Shown in pieces: positions 19,593-30,977 of a stretch of 64,000 nt of DNA; position 1 is the stretch's first letter, and each line of letters starts with the position of its first letter. The stretch is from Alphaproteobacteria bacterium (GTDB taxonomy: Bacteria > Pseudomonadota > Alphaproteobacteria > GCA-2731375), in contig CBDDBZ010000034.1 in the NCBI GenBank assembly GCA_965225945.1, positions 352,280-416,279 on the forward strand, given 5' to 3'. A program made the translations under genes and the position numbers. The notes beneath the pieces are model-generated. The model did not search any database and was not told the origin of the DNA. It saw nothing but the letters and a program-made list of their open reading frames with translations.

Positions 19593-22500
19593 ATGCATCT
19601 CCTGGCCGCGCAGCCGGGTGGCGTCGCCGATGGCGGGGAAGCCGTCGACCTCGGCCAGAGTCCAGGAAAAATCGTCATCCTGTCGGCGGCCGACACGGAG
19701 CTCGCAGGGCTAGCGGCGGCGCGCGGCCGCCTCGGCGAGGCCTTTCCGAGCCTACGCCTCGCCAACCTGATGAACCTGACCCACAACCTCTCCGTCGACA
19801 CCTATGTCGAGGCGGTGATCCGCCATGCCGGCCTGGTGATCGTGCGCCTCTTGGGCGGCGTCGCCTATTGGCCCTACGGGGTCGAGCGGATCGTCGAGAC
19901 GGCGCGGGCCGGCGCCATCCCCCTGGCCCTGCTGCCCGGGGACGACCAGCCCGATCCGGAACTCGACGGCCTCTCCACCCTAGAGCGCGCGGCATGCCAT
20001 CGCCTCTGGCAGTATGCGGTGCACGGTGGCCCGGAAAACGCGACCAATCTGCTGGCCCATGCCGCCAGCCTCCTGGGCCACGACGTGGCCTGGCGGGAGC
20101 CGACGCCGCTGCTGCCGGCGGGGGTTCTGGGCCGAGACCTCGAGGGCTTGCGCGCCACCTGGGAAAAGGGGGCGCCGGTAGCGGCCCTGGTGTTCTATCG
20201 GGCCCTGATGCAGGCGGGAAACCTGGCGCCCGTCGAGGATCTGGCGGCGGCGCTCCGGGCCCGGGGCGTCGAGGTCCTGCCCTATTACGTGCAAAGCCTG
20301 AAGGACCCGGTCTCGGCCGACCTGCTGGCCCGAACACTTCGCGAGATCCGCCCCGATGTCGTCTTGAACGCCACCGCCTTCGCGGTCTCGACGCCGGGCG
20401 GCCCGCGCACCGAGACGCCGTTCGACGCAGCCGACTGTCCGGTCCTGCAGGTGGTCTTCTCCGGCGGAATGGAGGCCGCCTGGCGCGACGGCACGGCCGG
20501 GCTCTCGGCCCGCGACATCGCCATGAACGTGGCCCTGCCGGAGGTCGACGGCCGGATCTCGAGCCGCGCCGTCAGCTTCAAGGCGGAAGCCCGCTTCGAT
20601 CCGACGACGGAACTCATCGTGGTGCGCTACGAGAGCGTGCCCGACCGCATCGCCTTCGTCGCCGATCTCGCCGCCGCCTGGGCGCGGCTCGCCCGCACGC
20701 CGGTCGGGGATCGACGGATCGCAATCGTGCTGGCGAACTATCCCAACCGCGACGGGCGGATCGGCAACGGCGTCGGCCTCGACACGCCGGCGGGCGTGGT
20801 CCGGACGTTGCAGGCGATGGCGGCGATGGGCTACGAGATCGAGGCGGTGCCGAACGACGGCGCGGCCTTGATCGAGCGCTTGCTCGCCGGCCCGACCAAC
20901 GCCGCCGACGGACGCGCGCGCGCGAGCCCGGAGATGCTCTCCCTCGCCACCTATGAAATGTTTCTCGCCCAGATGCCGGCAGCGGCGCGCCGTCGGGTGG
21001 TGGCGCGCTGGGGGGCGCCGGAGGCGGACCCCTTCTTCCGTCCGGGCGCGCTCGATCGCGGCGCCTTCGCGCTCCCCGTCCTCCGCCTCGCCAAGGTGGC
21101 GATCGCGATCCAGCCGGCGCGCGGCTACAACATCGATCCGAAATCAAGCTACCACGACCCCGACCTGCCGCCACCGCACGGCTACCTCGCCTTCCACGCC
21201 TGGCTCAGGCGCGATTTCGACGCCCACGCGGTGGTGCATTTCGGCAAGCACGGAAATCTGGAATGGCTACCGGGGAAGGCGCTCGCGCTCTCCGCCGAGT
21301 GCTTCCCGGAAGTGGCGCTCGGCCCGCTGCCGCACCTCTACCCCTTCATCGTCAACGATCCGGGCGAGGGCGCGCAGGCCAAGCGACGGGCTGCGGCGGT
21401 CGTGGTCGATCATCTGACGCCGCCGCTGACCCGCGCCGAGAGCTACGGCCCGCTGAAGCAACTGGAGGCCCTGGTCGACGAGTATTTCGAGGCCGCCGGC
21501 ATGGATCCCCGACGGCTGCCGATCCTTGCCGAGGAAATCCTCTCGCTGGCCCGGAGCATCGGCCTCGACGTCGACGTCGGCATAGCAGCCGGCGACGACG
21601 AGGCCGCCGGTCTCGGCAAGCTCGACGCCTATCTCTGCGATCTGAAGGAGATGCAGATTCGCGATGGCCTGCACGTCTTCGGCCTCTCGCCCGAGGGCGA
21701 CCAACTCCGCGATCTGCTGGTGGCGCTGACCCGCGTGCCGAGGGCCACCGGAGAGGGCGGTGACGCCTCCCTGACCCGGGCGCTCGCGGCCGACCTCGGG
21801 CTCGATCGGTTCGATCCCCTCGAGGTGGATGGCGCCGCGCCATGGACGGGGCCCCGGCCCGCCTGCCTCGCCGACATCGTCGCGGATCCCTGGCGCACCG
21901 CCGGCGACACGGTGGAGCGGCTGGAAGTGTTGGCGGCCGCGCTCGTCGCCGGCGAGGCCGGGGCGCCGGCGGAGGGGCGGGCGACGGCGGCGGTGCTGGC
22001 GGAGATCGAGACCCGATTGCGCCCCGCCGTCGAGGTCTCGGGCGCGGCGGAGATCGAAGGCCTCATGACCGGGCTGGACGGCCGGTTCGTCGCGCCGGGG
22101 CCGAGCGGCGCGCCGACCCGGGGCCGGCCGGAAGTGCTGCCGACGGGGCGAAATTTTTACTCCATCGACACCCGCGCGGTGCCGACGCCGGCCGCCTGGC
22201 GGCTCGGCTGGCGCTCGGCCACGCTGATCGTCGAGCGACACTTGCAGGAGGAGGGGGACTGGCCCCGGGCGGTGGCGCTCTCCGCCTGGGGCACGGCCAA
22301 CATGCGCACCGGTGGCGACGACATCGCCCAGGCCTTGGCGCTGATCGGCGCGCGGCCACGTTGGGATTCCGCTTCCGGGCGGGTCGCCGGCTTCGAGATC
22401 ATCCCGCTGGAGATGCTCGACCGACCGCGGGTCGACGTGACGCTTCGGGTCTCCGGCTTCTTCCGCGACGCCTTTCCGGCGCAGATCGACCTCTTCGACA

Positions 22501-23345
22501 GCGCCGTCGCAGCCATCGCGGCGCTGGACGAGGTGGCGGAATCCAATCCGCTCGCTGCCCGTGTCCGGGCCGACGTCGTTTGTCTCGAGGCCGCCGGCGT
22601 CGCGCCCGACGACGCCCGGCGCCGCGCCCGTGCCCGCGTCTTCGGTTCTAAGCCCGGGGCCTACGGCGCCGGCTTGCAGGCGCTGATCGACGAACGCGGC
22701 TGGCGCGACGAAGCGGACCTCGCCCGGGCCTATGTCGCCTGGGGCGGCTACGTCTATGGCGGTGGGCGCGCGGGCGAGGCGGAGCACGGCCTGTTCCACG
22801 ATCGCCTCGCCGCCGTGGAGCTGGTGCTGCACAACCAGGACAACCGCGAGCACGATCTGCTGGACTCGGACGACTATTACCAATTCGAGGGGGGCCTCGC
22901 CGTCGCGGCGCGCGTCGCCTCCGGCCGCCAACCGGCGATCTACCACAACGACCACTCCCGACCCGAGAGCCCGAAGGTCCGCACGCTGGAGGACGAGGTC
23001 GCGCGCGTGGTCCGCGCCCGGGTGATCAACCCGAAGTGGATCCGCGGCGTGATGCGCCACGGCTACAAGGGCGCCTTCGAGATGGCGGCGACGGTCGATT
23101 ATCTGTTCGCCTTCCAGGCCACCGCGGGCGTGGTCCGGGACCATCATTTCGATCTCGTCTACGATGCCTATCTGGGCGACGACCGAGTCCGCGCGTTCCT
23201 CGACGAGAACAATCCGGGCGCGCGGTGCGAGATCGCCGAGCGGCTGCTGGAAGCGGTGACGCGCGAGCTCTGGCGGCCCCGGCGCAACACCACTCGCGCC
23301 GCGCTGGAGGCGCTGGCGGGGGAGCAGCGGGGAGAGACGGTATGA
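19593..23345 (+). CDS. cobN: Cobaltochelatase subunit CobN
   Basis: 1250 aa; MHLLAAQPG start, ANYPNRDGR, HFGKHGNLEWLPGK, LPTGRNFY and VLHNQDNREHDLLDSDDYYQF. Confidence 0.97.
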   Translation: MHLLAAQPGGVADGGEAVDLGQSPGKIVILSAADTELAGLAAARGRLGEAFPSLRLANLMNLTHNLSVDTYVEAVIRHAGLVIVRLLGGVAYWPYGVERIVETARAGAIPLALLPGDDQPDPELDGLSTLERAACHRLWQYAVHGGPENATNLLAHAASLLGHDVAWREPTPLLPAGVLGRDLEGLRATWEKGAPVAALVFYRALMQAGNLAPVEDLAAALRARGVEVLPYYVQSLKDPVSADLLARTLREIRPDVVLNATAFAVSTPGGPRTETPFDAADCPVLQVVFSGGMEAAWRDGTAGLSARDIAMNVALPEVDGRISSRAVSFKAEARFDPTTELIVVRYESVPDRIAFVADLAAAWARLARTPVGDRRIAIVLANYPNRDGRIGNGVGLDTPAGVVRTLQAMAAMGYEIEAVPNDGAALIERLLAGPTNAADGRARASPEMLSLATYEMFLAQMPAAARRRVVARWGAPEADPFFRPGALDRGAFALPVLRLAKVAIAIQPARGYNIDPKSSYHDPDLPPPHGYLAFHAWLRRDFDAHAVVHFGKHGNLEWLPGKALALSAECFPEVALGPLPHLYPFIVNDPGEGAQAKRRAAAVVVDHLTPPLTRAESYGPLKQLEALVDEYFEAAGMDPRRLPILAEEILSLARSIGLDVDVGIAAGDDEAAGLGKLDAYLCDLKEMQIRDGLHVFGLSPEGDQLRDLLVALTRVPRATGEGGDASLTRALAADLGLDRFDPLEVDGAAPWTGPRPACLADIVADPWRTAGDTVERLEVLAAALVAGEAGAPAEGRATAAVLAEIETRLRPAVEVSGAAEIEGLMTGLDGRFVAPGPSGAPTRGRPEVLPTGRNFYSIDTRAVPTPAAWRLGWRSATLIVERHLQEEGDWPRAVALSAWGTANMRTGGDDIAQALALIGARPRWDSASGRVAGFEIIPLEMLDRPRVDVTLRVSGFFRDAFPAQIDLFDSAVAAIAALDEVAESNPLAARVRADVVCLEAAGVAPDDARRRARARVFGSKPGAYGAGLQALIDERGWRDEADLARAYVAWGGYVYGGGRAGEAEHGLFHDRLAAVELVLHNQDNREHDLLDSDDYYQFEGGLAVAARVASGRQPAIYHNDHSRPESPKVRTLEDEVARVVRARVINPKWIRGVMRHGYKGAFEMAATVDYLFAFQATAGVVRDHHFDLVYDAYLGDDRVRAFLDENNPGARCEIAERLLEAVTRELWRPRRNTTRAALEALAGEQRGETV

Positions 23346-23992
23346 CCACTTCCGAGAAAAGCGATCTGGCCGAGGAGAGCGCTCTCGATCGGCGCCACGC
23401 CGAGAAGATGCGCAACAAGAAGGCGGCACGGGACAAGATCCTGGCGACCAAGACGATCGAGAAGGGGCTGCTGATCGTCCACACCGGAAAGGGCAAGGGC
23501 AAGTCGACGGCGGCCTTCGGCCTGGTGATGCGCGCGCTCGGTCACGACATGGGCGTCGGCATCGTGCAGTTCGTCAAGGGCAAGTGGGAGACCGGCGAGC
23601 GCCGGGTGTTGGAGCAATTCGGCGAACTGGTGACCATCCGCACCATGGGCAAGGGCTTCACCTGGGATACCCAGGATCGCCAGCGCGACATCGCCGCCGC
23701 CCAGGCCGCCTGGGAGACGGCGAAGGAGATGATCGAGGCCAGCCGCGGCCCCGAGCGTGCGCATCGGCTGGTCCTGCTCGACGAGCTCAACATCGTGCTG
23801 CGTTACAATTATCTCGACATCGCCGAGGTGGTGGCGGTGCTGGCGGCCAGACCGGACGACCTCCACGTCGTCGTCACCGGTCGCAACGCCAAGGCCGAGC
23901 TGATCGAGATCGCCGACCTGGTGACCGAGATGACTATGGTCAAGCATCCCTTCCGCGCCGGCGTGAAGGCGCAGGTGGGCATCGAGTTCTGA
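23342..23992 (+). CDS. cobO: Cob(I)yrinic acid a,c-diamide adenosyltransferase
   Basis: [30 protein letters not shown] and KHPF...GIEF; ATGA overlap with cobN. Confidence 0.95.
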   Translation: MTTSEKSDLAEESALDRRHAEKMRNKKAARDKILATKTIEKGLLIVHTGKGKGKSTAAFGLVMRALGHDMGVGIVQFVKGKWETGERRVLEQFGELVTIRTMGKGFTWDTQDRQRDIAAAQAAWETAKEMIEASRGPERAHRLVLLDELNIVLRYNYLDIAEVVAVLAARPDDLHVVVTGRNAKAELIEIADLVTEMTMVKHPFRAGVKAQVGIEF

Positions 23993-24005
23993 GGGGGCGC
24001 GGGCG

Positions 24006-25487
24006 ATGGCGCGGGCGAAGGGGCGGGCGATCATGTTGCAGGGCACCGGCTCCGATGTCGGCAAGTCGCTGCTCGTCGCCGGCCTCGCCCGGGCCTACCG
24101 GGCGCGCGGGCTCGCCGTACGTCCGTTCAAGCCGCAGAACATGTCGAACAACGCCGCCGTCACGATCGACGGCGGCGAGATCGGCCGGGCCCAGGCTTTG
24201 CAGGCCCGCGCCGCCGGCGTCGAGCCCACCCTCGACATGAACCCGGTGCTGCTGAAACCACAGAGCGAGATCGGCGCCCAGGTGGTGTTGCGCGGCCGAA
24301 TCCTGTGCAACGCCGATGCCCGCGCCTATCAGGAGCTAAAACCGACCTTGCTGGCGGAGATCGTGGCGAGCTTCCGGCGGCTGGCCGAGGGTGCCGACTT
24401 GATCCTGGTGGAAGGCGCCGGCAGCCCGGCCGAAATCAATTTGCGGCAAGGCGACATCGCCAACATGGGCTTCGCCGAGGCGGCAAACCTGCCGGTGGTT
24501 CTGATCGGCGACATCGATCGCGGCGGCGTCATCGCCCAGCTCGTCGGCACCGACGCGGTGCTTGCGCCTGCGGATCGGGCGCGGATCGTCGGCTTTTTGG
24601 TCAACAAGTTCCGGGGCGATCCGAGCCTCTTCGCCGCGGGGCTGGACGAGGTGGCGCGGCGCACCGGCTGGCATGCCCTCGGCCTGATTCCATGGTTCCA
24701 CGAGGCCTGGCGGCTGCCGGCGGAGGACGCGATGGCGCTGGATTCGGCGTCCTGGCGCCGGCCCGGCGACGGCGTGGTTCGGATCGCGGTACCGCGGCTG
24801 CCGGGGATCTCCAACTTCGACGACCTCGATCCGCTGCGCGCCGAACCCGAGGTGGCGCTCGACCTCGTGACGCCGGGCCGCGCGCTTCCGGGGGACGCCG
24901 ACCTCGTGCTGCTGGCGGGCTCGAAGACGACGCTCGGCGACCTGGCGTTCCTCCGTGAGCAGGGCTGGGACATTGACATCCAGGCGCATCGCCGGCGCGG
25001 CGGCGCCATTCTCGGAATTTGCGGCGGCTTCCAGATGCTGGGCGAGCGAATCACCGATTCAGTTGGCCTCGAGGGCGCGGCGGGCGAGGCGGCGGGACTT
25101 GGGCTTTTGGCGCTACGCACGGTGCTCGGCGGCGCCAAGCGCCTCGCGCCCGCGGCGGGCACGGCCGTCGAGACCGGCGCCGAAGTCTCCGGCTACCTGA
25201 TGCACGTCGGACGTAGCGAGGGGGCGGACCTCGGGCGGCCGATGCTGCGCCTCGGCGGCCGCCCCGACGGCGCGGTCTCGCCCGACGGGCGGGTGATGGG
25301 CTGCTATTTGCACGGCCTGTTCGCCGCCGACGGCTTCCGTCGCGACTTCCTGTCGGCGCTCGGCGCCCGCGCGCCCGGCCGCTTCAGCTACGACGCGGCG
25401 GTGGACGCGAGCCTGGATAAGCTCGCGGCGCACCTGGCCGAGGCGGTGGATCTCGACGCGCTGCTCGACCTCGCGGTTCAGCGGTAG
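24006..25487 (+). CDS. cobQ: Cobyric acid synthase
   Basis: [41 protein letters not shown] and YLHGLF. Confidence 0.96.
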   Translation: MARAKGRAIMLQGTGSDVGKSLLVAGLARAYRARGLAVRPFKPQNMSNNAAVTIDGGEIGRAQALQARAAGVEPTLDMNPVLLKPQSEIGAQVVLRGRILCNADARAYQELKPTLLAEIVASFRRLAEGADLILVEGAGSPAEINLRQGDIANMGFAEAANLPVVLIGDIDRGGVIAQLVGTDAVLAPADRARIVGFLVNKFRGDPSLFAAGLDEVARRTGWHALGLIPWFHEAWRLPAEDAMALDSASWRRPGDGVVRIAVPRLPGISNFDDLDPLRAEPEVALDLVTPGRALPGDADLVLLAGSKTTLGDLAFLREQGWDIDIQAHRRRGGAILGICGGFQMLGERITDSVGLEGAAGEAAGLGLLALRTVLGGAKRLAPAAGTAVETGAEVSGYLMHVGRSEGADLGRPMLRLGGRPDGAVSPDGRVMGCYLHGLFAADGFRRDFLSALGARAPGRFSYDAAVDASLDKLAAHLAEAVDLDALLDLAVQR

Positions 25488-26464
25488 AGCCAGATGAAGA
25501 GAATGGTGATGGTGAAGAGGAGGCCCCAAGCGTGGAGATAGAGCCGCAACGCGCGGCGGATGTCCTCGGCCGTGGCCGCCTTGCGGCCGTCGCCCATCCA
25601 GGGGTCGTCGGAGACGACGCCGCCATAGCTCCGGGGGCCGTTGAGCGCGAGGTCGAGGGCACCGGCCATCGCCGCCTCCGGCCAGCCGGCGTTGGGCGAT
25701 TGGTGCCCGGATGCATCGCGGCGCATCGCCTGGTTGGCGCCACGCCAGCTCGCCTCGGGGACCAGCAACGCGGGCAGCGCCAGCAGGCCGCCGGTGATTC
25801 GCGCCGGAATGTAGCTCAGAAAATCGTCCAGCTTGGCGGCGGCGCGGCCGAACTCGCGGTGTCGCTCGCTTTTGTGGCCGATCATGCTGTCGGCGGTGTT
25901 GACGGCCTTGTAGACGAGCATGCCCGGCAGGCCGAACAGCATGTACCAGAACCAGGGCGCGACGACGGCGTCGGAGAAATTCTCCGCCAGCGATTCGATG
26001 GCGCCCCGCGCGACGCCCGCGGAATCGAGCGTTTCCGGGTCACGGCCGAGCAGATGGCGCACCGCCTCGCGACCCCCTTCGAGGCCTCCCGTCTCCAGCC
26101 CCCGGGCGACCTTGGCGACATGGTCGTACAAGTCGCGTCCCGCCAGCAGCACGGCGACGACCACGGCTTCCAGCAGCAGCGAGAAGGGCGTCTGGACGAA
26201 GGCCCAGGTCAAGAAGACGCCGATCCCGGCGTGCAGCGGCACGATCGCGATCATGACCACGAGACCTCGCCGCCGCCGGCTTTCGGGCGAGCGGGTCTCG
26301 TCGTTGAGGCGCACGTCCAGGGCACCGATCAGCCGTCCCATCGCCGCCACGGGATGGCCGATCACGCGGTAGACGGCGGACGGCTCGCCGATCAGCGCGT
26401 CGAGCACCAGACCCAGCGCCAGTATGGCGAAGGGGTCGATATATATGTCGATCATCGGAAACAT
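25478..26464 (-). CDS. cbiB: Adenosylcobinamide-phosphate synthase CbiB/CobD
   Basis: [25 protein letters not shown] and [15 protein letters not shown]; hydrophobic membrane protein. Confidence 0.95.
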   Translation of the reverse strand: MFPMIDIYIDPFAILALGLVLDALIGEPSAVYRVIGHPVAAMGRLIGALDVRLNDETRSPESRRRRGLVVMIAIVPLHAGIGVFLTWAFVQTPFSLLLEAVVVAVLLAGRDLYDHVAKVARGLETGGLEGGREAVRHLLGRDPETLDSAGVARGAIESLAENFSDAVVAPWFWYMLFGLPGMLVYKAVNTADSMIGHKSERHREFGRAAAKLDDFLSYIPARITGGLLALPALLVPEASWRGANQAMRRDASGHQSPNAGWPEAAMAGALDLALNGPRSYGGVVSDDPWMGDGRKAATAEDIRRALRLYLHAWGLLFTITILFIWLYR

Positions 26465-26532
26465 CGGCCGAACTTGCGCCGGACCGAGAGGACCGTCAAC
26501 GCGGTCCGGCAGAGTCGAGGGAGGAAGCCGGA

Positions 26533-27516
26533 ATGGGCAAACTGGGCGTAATGGTCTGCGGCCATGGCAGTCGCGACGCCGACGCGATTCGAGAGTTCGA
26601 AGCGGTGGCGGCCGGCATCGCTGAGCGCTTGCCGCAATACGACGTCGATTCCGGCTTCCTCGAATTCGCGACCCCGCTCATCCGCGAGGGGCTGGACGCG
26701 CTCAGGGCGCGCGGCGTCGACGACATCCTGGCGGTGCCGGGGATGCTGTTCGCCGCCGGCCACGCCAAGAACGACATCCCCTCGGTGCTGAACAGCTATC
26801 AGGCGCAACACGATTCCCTGCGTATCCGCTACGCCCGCGAGCTGGGTATCGACCCGAAGCTGCTACGCGCCTCGGCCGACCGGATCGAGGCGGCGGTGCG
26901 AAACGCCGAGGGAGAGGTTCCGGCGCACGAGACGCTGCTGGTGGTGGTCGGCCGGGGCGCTTCCGATCCCGACGCCAACTCCAACGTCGCCAAGGTGACC
27001 CGAATGCTCTGGGAGGGCTTCGGCTTCGGCTGGGCGGAGACGGCCTATTCCGGCGTCACCTTTCCGCTGGTCGGCCCGGCGCTGGAGCACGCCGCCAAGC
27101 TCGGCTACCGGCGGATCGTCGTCCATCCCTATTTCCTCTTCACCGGGGTGCTGGTGAAACGGATTTACACCCACACCGACCGGGCGGCGGCGAGGCACCC
27201 GGAGATCCAGTTCGTCAAGGCGCCCTACCTCAACGACCATCCCCTGGTGCTCGACGCCTTCGCCGATCGGGTGGGCGAAATTCTCGACGGCAAAAACGTG
27301 ATGAACTGCCAGCTTTGCAAGTACCGCGCCCAGGTGCTCGGCTTCGAGGCCGAGGTCGGCCTGGCGCAGGAGAGCCATCACCATCACGTCGAGGGCTTGC
27401 TGGCGCGCGAGGACGAGGACGAGCACGGCCACCATCATCACCATCGGGGCCACCACCCCTACCCGCACCGCGACCATCCGCTCGGCCCGGTGAGCTTGAA
27501 GGACGAGGAGGACTGA
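26533..27516 (+). CDS. cbiX: Sirohydrochlorin cobaltochelatase, long CbiX with Cys motif and His-rich tail
   Basis: GHGSRD, FLEF, AAGHAKNDIP, GRGASDPDAN, MNCQLCKYR and poly-His C-terminus. Confidence 0.92.
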   Translation: MGKLGVMVCGHGSRDADAIREFEAVAAGIAERLPQYDVDSGFLEFATPLIREGLDALRARGVDDILAVPGMLFAAGHAKNDIPSVLNSYQAQHDSLRIRYARELGIDPKLLRASADRIEAAVRNAEGEVPAHETLLVVVGRGASDPDANSNVAKVTRMLWEGFGFGWAETAYSGVTFPLVGPALEHAAKLGYRRIVVHPYFLFTGVLVKRIYTHTDRAAARHPEIQFVKAPYLNDHPLVLDAFADRVGEILDGKNVMNCQLCKYRAQVLGFEAEVGLAQESHHHHVEGLLAREDEDEHGHHHHHRGHHPYPHRDHPLGPVSLKDEED

Positions 27517-27523
27517 GCGGGGA

Positions 27524-29077
27524 ATGGCGATCTTCGATGCCTATCTCGTCGTCGACTGGAGTGCCGCGGCCCGGCCCCGCCAGGGCGCGGACAGCATCTG
27601 GTACGGCCTCTACGAGCGCGGCCGGCGCGGCCTCCGGGCCTGCGCGCTCGCCAACCCCTCGACCCGGTCCGAGGCCTTGGAACGGCTGGCCGAGATCCTG
27701 GCCCGGCTCGCGACGCGGGGGCGGCGCACCCTCGCGGGCTTCGATTTCCCGAACGCCTATCCGGCCGGTTTCGCGCGCCGCGCCGGCTTCCCGGGCACGC
27801 CGTGGCGCGCGGTCTGGGACGGGATCGCCGAGCTGGTCGAGGACCGGCCCGACAACGCCAACAACCGTTTCGAGGTCGCGGCCGGGCTCAACGAGCGGAT
27901 ATCCGGCGCCGATTTTCCTTTTTGGGGCTGTCCGGCGGGGCGCGCCGGACCCCGCCTCTCCGCCCGCAAGGTCGACCGCCACGCGGCGGAGGGGTTGGCC
28001 GAGCGGCGCCTGGCGGAGGCCTGGGTGCCCAGGGCGCAGCCCTGCTGGAAACTCGCCTACACTGGCTCGGTAGGCAGCCAGGCGTTGCTCGGCATCCCGG
28101 TGCAGCGGGCGCTCAGGGACGATTCCCGGCTCCGCGACCAGACCCTCGTCTGGCCGTTCGAGACCGGCCTCCGGCCGCCGCCCGAAGGTGATTGGCGGGT
28201 CGTGTTGGCCGAGGTCTACCCCTCGCTGGCGCCCATCGCGCTCGGCCACGGCCCGGTGAAGGACGCCCGCCAGGTGACTGCGACCTGCCGCCTGTTGGCG
28301 CGGCGCGACGAGGCGGGCCAGCTCGCGGTCGATCTCGCCGGCCCGCCCGAGCTCGATTCCCGCGCCCGAAAGATCGTCGAGCGGGAGGAGGGCTGGCTGC
28401 TCGGCGCCGGCACCTTCCCGGCGACGCGGCGCGCCGGCGGCGAGGCCTACCTCGCCGAGCCGGCGGCGATCCAGGCCCAGTCCTTCGCCCGGGTGCGCGA
28501 GGCGGCGCGGCTGGAGGCGCCGACGGCGGGATTGGACCGGATCGCCGAGCGGGTAGTGCACGCGACGGCGATGCCGGAACTGGCGGACCGCCTGGTGGGA
28601 AGCGACGATTTCGTCCAGGCGGCGATTCGCGCGCTGGGCGCGGGCGCGCCGATCTTGGTCGACTGCGAGATGCTGGCGCGCGGCATCACCGCGCGGCGCC
28701 TGCCCTCGGGATGCGAAGTGCATTGCAGCCTGAACGATCCCCGGGTGCCGGGCCTCGCGCGGCGCCGGGCGACGACCCGGTCCGCCGCCGCGCTCGAACT
28801 CTGGCGCGCTCGCCTGGAAGGTGGCGTGGTGGCGATCGGCAACGCGCCGACGGCGCTCTTTCACTTACTGGCGATGCTGCGCGCGGGCGCGCCACGGCCC
28901 GCCGCGATCGTCGCTCTGCCGGTCGGCTTCGTCGGCGCGGCCGAGGCCAAGGCCGCGTTGATGGCGGAGAGCCACGGCGTCCCCTATCTGACGCTTCCCG
29001 GCCGGCTCGGCGGCAGTGCCATGGCGGCGGCAGCGGTCAACGCCCTCCTGGGCCTCGCCGGGGAGGGAATCGAATGA
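27524..29077 (+). CDS. cobH: Fusion: N-terminal unknown (DUF429/RNase H-like) domain + precorrin-8X methylmutase CobH
   Basis: C-terminal ~210 aa has AIQAQSF, RVVHAT, TRSAAA, AIGNAPTAL, PVGFVGAAEAK and GRLGGSAMAAAAVNA; N-terminal ~300 aa has VDWS, GFDFP, EVYP and EEGW. Confidence 0.85.
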   Translation: MAIFDAYLVVDWSAAARPRQGADSIWYGLYERGRRGLRACALANPSTRSEALERLAEILARLATRGRRTLAGFDFPNAYPAGFARRAGFPGTPWRAVWDGIAELVEDRPDNANNRFEVAAGLNERISGADFPFWGCPAGRAGPRLSARKVDRHAAEGLAERRLAEAWVPRAQPCWKLAYTGSVGSQALLGIPVQRALRDDSRLRDQTLVWPFETGLRPPPEGDWRVVLAEVYPSLAPIALGHGPVKDARQVTATCRLLARRDEAGQLAVDLAGPPELDSRARKIVEREEGWLLGAGTFPATRRAGGEAYLAEPAAIQAQSFARVREAARLEAPTAGLDRIAERVVHATAMPELADRLVGSDDFVQAAIRALGAGAPILVDCEMLARGITARRLPSGCEVHCSLNDPRVPGLARRRATTRSAAALELWRARLEGGVVAIGNAPTALFHLLAMLRAGAPRPAAIVALPVGFVGAAEAKAALMAESHGVPYLTLPGRLGGSAMAAAAVNALLGLAGEGIE

Positions 29078-30279
29078 GCGCCTGGCTCAGCGTGATCGGA
29101 ATCGGCGAGGATGGTCTCGCCGGCCTCGGCGCCGCACCCCGGAGCCTGATCGAGGCGGCCGAGGTGCTGGTCGGCGGCAAGCGGCACCACGCCCTGCTGC
29201 CCGATCATACGGCGGAGCGGCTGGGCTGGCGGTTTCCGCTCGAACCCTTGATGGCGGAGCTGGAGGCCCGGCGCGGCAAGCGCGTGGTCGTGCTGGCGAG
29301 CGGAGATCCCTTCTGTTACGGCATCGCCGCGACGCTCGCGCGCCACCTGCCGCTGGCTGAGATGCGGGTGCTGCCGGCGCCGTCGGCCTTCGCGCTGGCC
29401 CGCGCCCGGCTCGGCTGGCCGGCCCACACGGTCCAATGCCTGACGCTGCACGGCCGGCCGCTCGAGATCGTCGCCGGTTGGCTGCTGGCGGGCCAGCGGT
29501 TGCTGCTGTTGAGCCACGACGGGGCGACGCCCGCCAAGCTCGCGGCCTTGCTCGCCGCGCACGGCTTCGGGCCCTCGCGGATGGTCGTGCTGGAGCACAT
29601 GGGGGGCGAGAAGGAGCGAATCGTCGAGACCACGGCGGGCGAATGGGGCGAAGCCGGCGCGGCCGACCTCAACACCATCGCGCTTCTATGCCGGTCCGAG
29701 CCGGGCGTGCCCTCGCGCCCCCGCGTGCCCGGACTTCCCGACGAGGCGTTCCGTCACGATGGCCTGATCACCAAGCGGGAAGTGCGCGCCGCGAGCCTCG
29801 CGGCGCTCGGCCCGCTCCCCGGCGCGCGGCTCATCGACGTCGGCGCCGGCGCCGGCTCCATCGCCATCGAGTGGCTCAGGGCAGCCGCCAACGCAAGCGC
29901 CGTGGCGATCGAGCGCGATGCCGCCCGCGCCGCCACCATCGCGGAAAACGCGGCCGCGCTCGGCGTCCCGAACCTCGATATCGTCACCGGCGAGGCACCG
30001 GCAGCGCTCAGCCATCTCGGACCGGCCGACGCGGTCTTCCTCGGCGGTGGCCTGACCGCCCCTGGCATGATCGAGGCCTGTCTCGCGCCCCTGGTCTCGG
30101 GCGGGCGGCTGGTCGCCAATGCCGTCACCGTGGAGGGCGAGGTGGTGCTGCTCGACGCCTGGCGCGCGCATGGCGGCGAGCTCAGGCGGCTGGCGATCAG
30201 CCGGGCCGAGGCGCTCGCCGGCGTCACCGCCTGGCGGGCCCTGGCGCCCGTCACCCAATGGGCGATGGTGGTGCCGTGA
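29074..30279 (+). CDS. cobL: Precorrin-6Y C5,15-methyltransferase (decarboxylating), CbiE-CbiT fusion
   Basis: GIGEDG, LASGDP, GLPDEAF, ITKREVR, DVGAGAGS and ANAVTVE. Confidence 0.93.
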   Translation: MSAWLSVIGIGEDGLAGLGAAPRSLIEAAEVLVGGKRHHALLPDHTAERLGWRFPLEPLMAELEARRGKRVVVLASGDPFCYGIAATLARHLPLAEMRVLPAPSAFALARARLGWPAHTVQCLTLHGRPLEIVAGWLLAGQRLLLLSHDGATPAKLAALLAAHGFGPSRMVVLEHMGGEKERIVETTAGEWGEAGAADLNTIALLCRSEPGVPSRPRVPGLPDEAFRHDGLITKREVRAASLAALGPLPGARLIDVGAGAGSIAIEWLRAAANASAVAIERDAARAATIAENAAALGVPNLDIVTGEAPAALSHLGPADAVFLGGGLTAPGMIEACLAPLVSGGRLVANAVTVEGEVVLLDAWRAHGGELRRLAISRAEALAGVTAWRALAPVTQWAMVVP

Positions 30280-30977
30280 GCGGGCGCGTTTACGGCATCG
30301 GCGTCGGCCCGGGCGATCCGGAGCTGATCACGCTGAAGGCGCTGCGCCTGCTGACCACGGCACCGGTCATCGCCTATCCCGCGACCGAAACCGGCGAGAG
30401 CGTGGCGCGCCAGATCGTCGCCCCGCATCTCGCCGGCGGGCAGCGGGAAATCCCCATTCCGATCCCGATTCAGAGCGGCCCCTTCCCGGACGAGGGGGTC
30501 TACGAGCGGGCCGCCGAGGAGATCCTGGCCGTGGTCGCCGGCGGCGAGGACGTGGTCGTGCTGTGCGAGGGCGATCCCTTCTTCTACGGCTCCTTCCTCT
30601 ATCTCTATGCCCGCCTGGCGGACCGCTGCCCGGTGGAGGTGGTGCCGGGCGTCTCCTCCCTGATGGCCTGCGCGGCGGTGCTGGGGGCGCCGCTGGCCGC
30701 GCGGAACGACGTGCTGGCGGTGCTGCCCGCGACGCTCGACGAAGCGACGCTCCGGAGCCGGATCGCCGCCGCCGATGGCGTAGCGCTGATCAAGGTCGGC
30801 CGCCACCTGGAGAAGGTGCGCGGCGTCCTGAATGGGATGGGACTGGCCGACGACGCCCGCTATATCGAGCGCGCGACCATGGCAACGCAGCGCCTCCTGC
30901 CGTTGGCCGAGGCACCGGCGCCGGCGCCCTATTTCTCCATGATCCTGGTCCACCGGCGCGGCGAGGCGTGGCGATGA
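30276..30977 (+). CDS. cobI: Precorrin-2 C20-methyltransferase
   Basis: GIGVGPGDPELITLKA, CEGDPFFYGS and PYFSMILV; GTG start overlapping the cobL stop. Confidence 0.93.
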   Translation: MSGRVYGIGVGPGDPELITLKALRLLTTAPVIAYPATETGESVARQIVAPHLAGGQREIPIPIPIQSGPFPDEGVYERAAEEILAVVAGGEDVVVLCEGDPFFYGSFLYLYARLADRCPVEVVPGVSSLMACAAVLGAPLAARNDVLAVLPATLDEATLRSRIAAADGVALIKVGRHLEKVRGVLNGMGLADDARYIERATMATQRLLPLAEAPAPAPYFSMILVHRRGEAWR

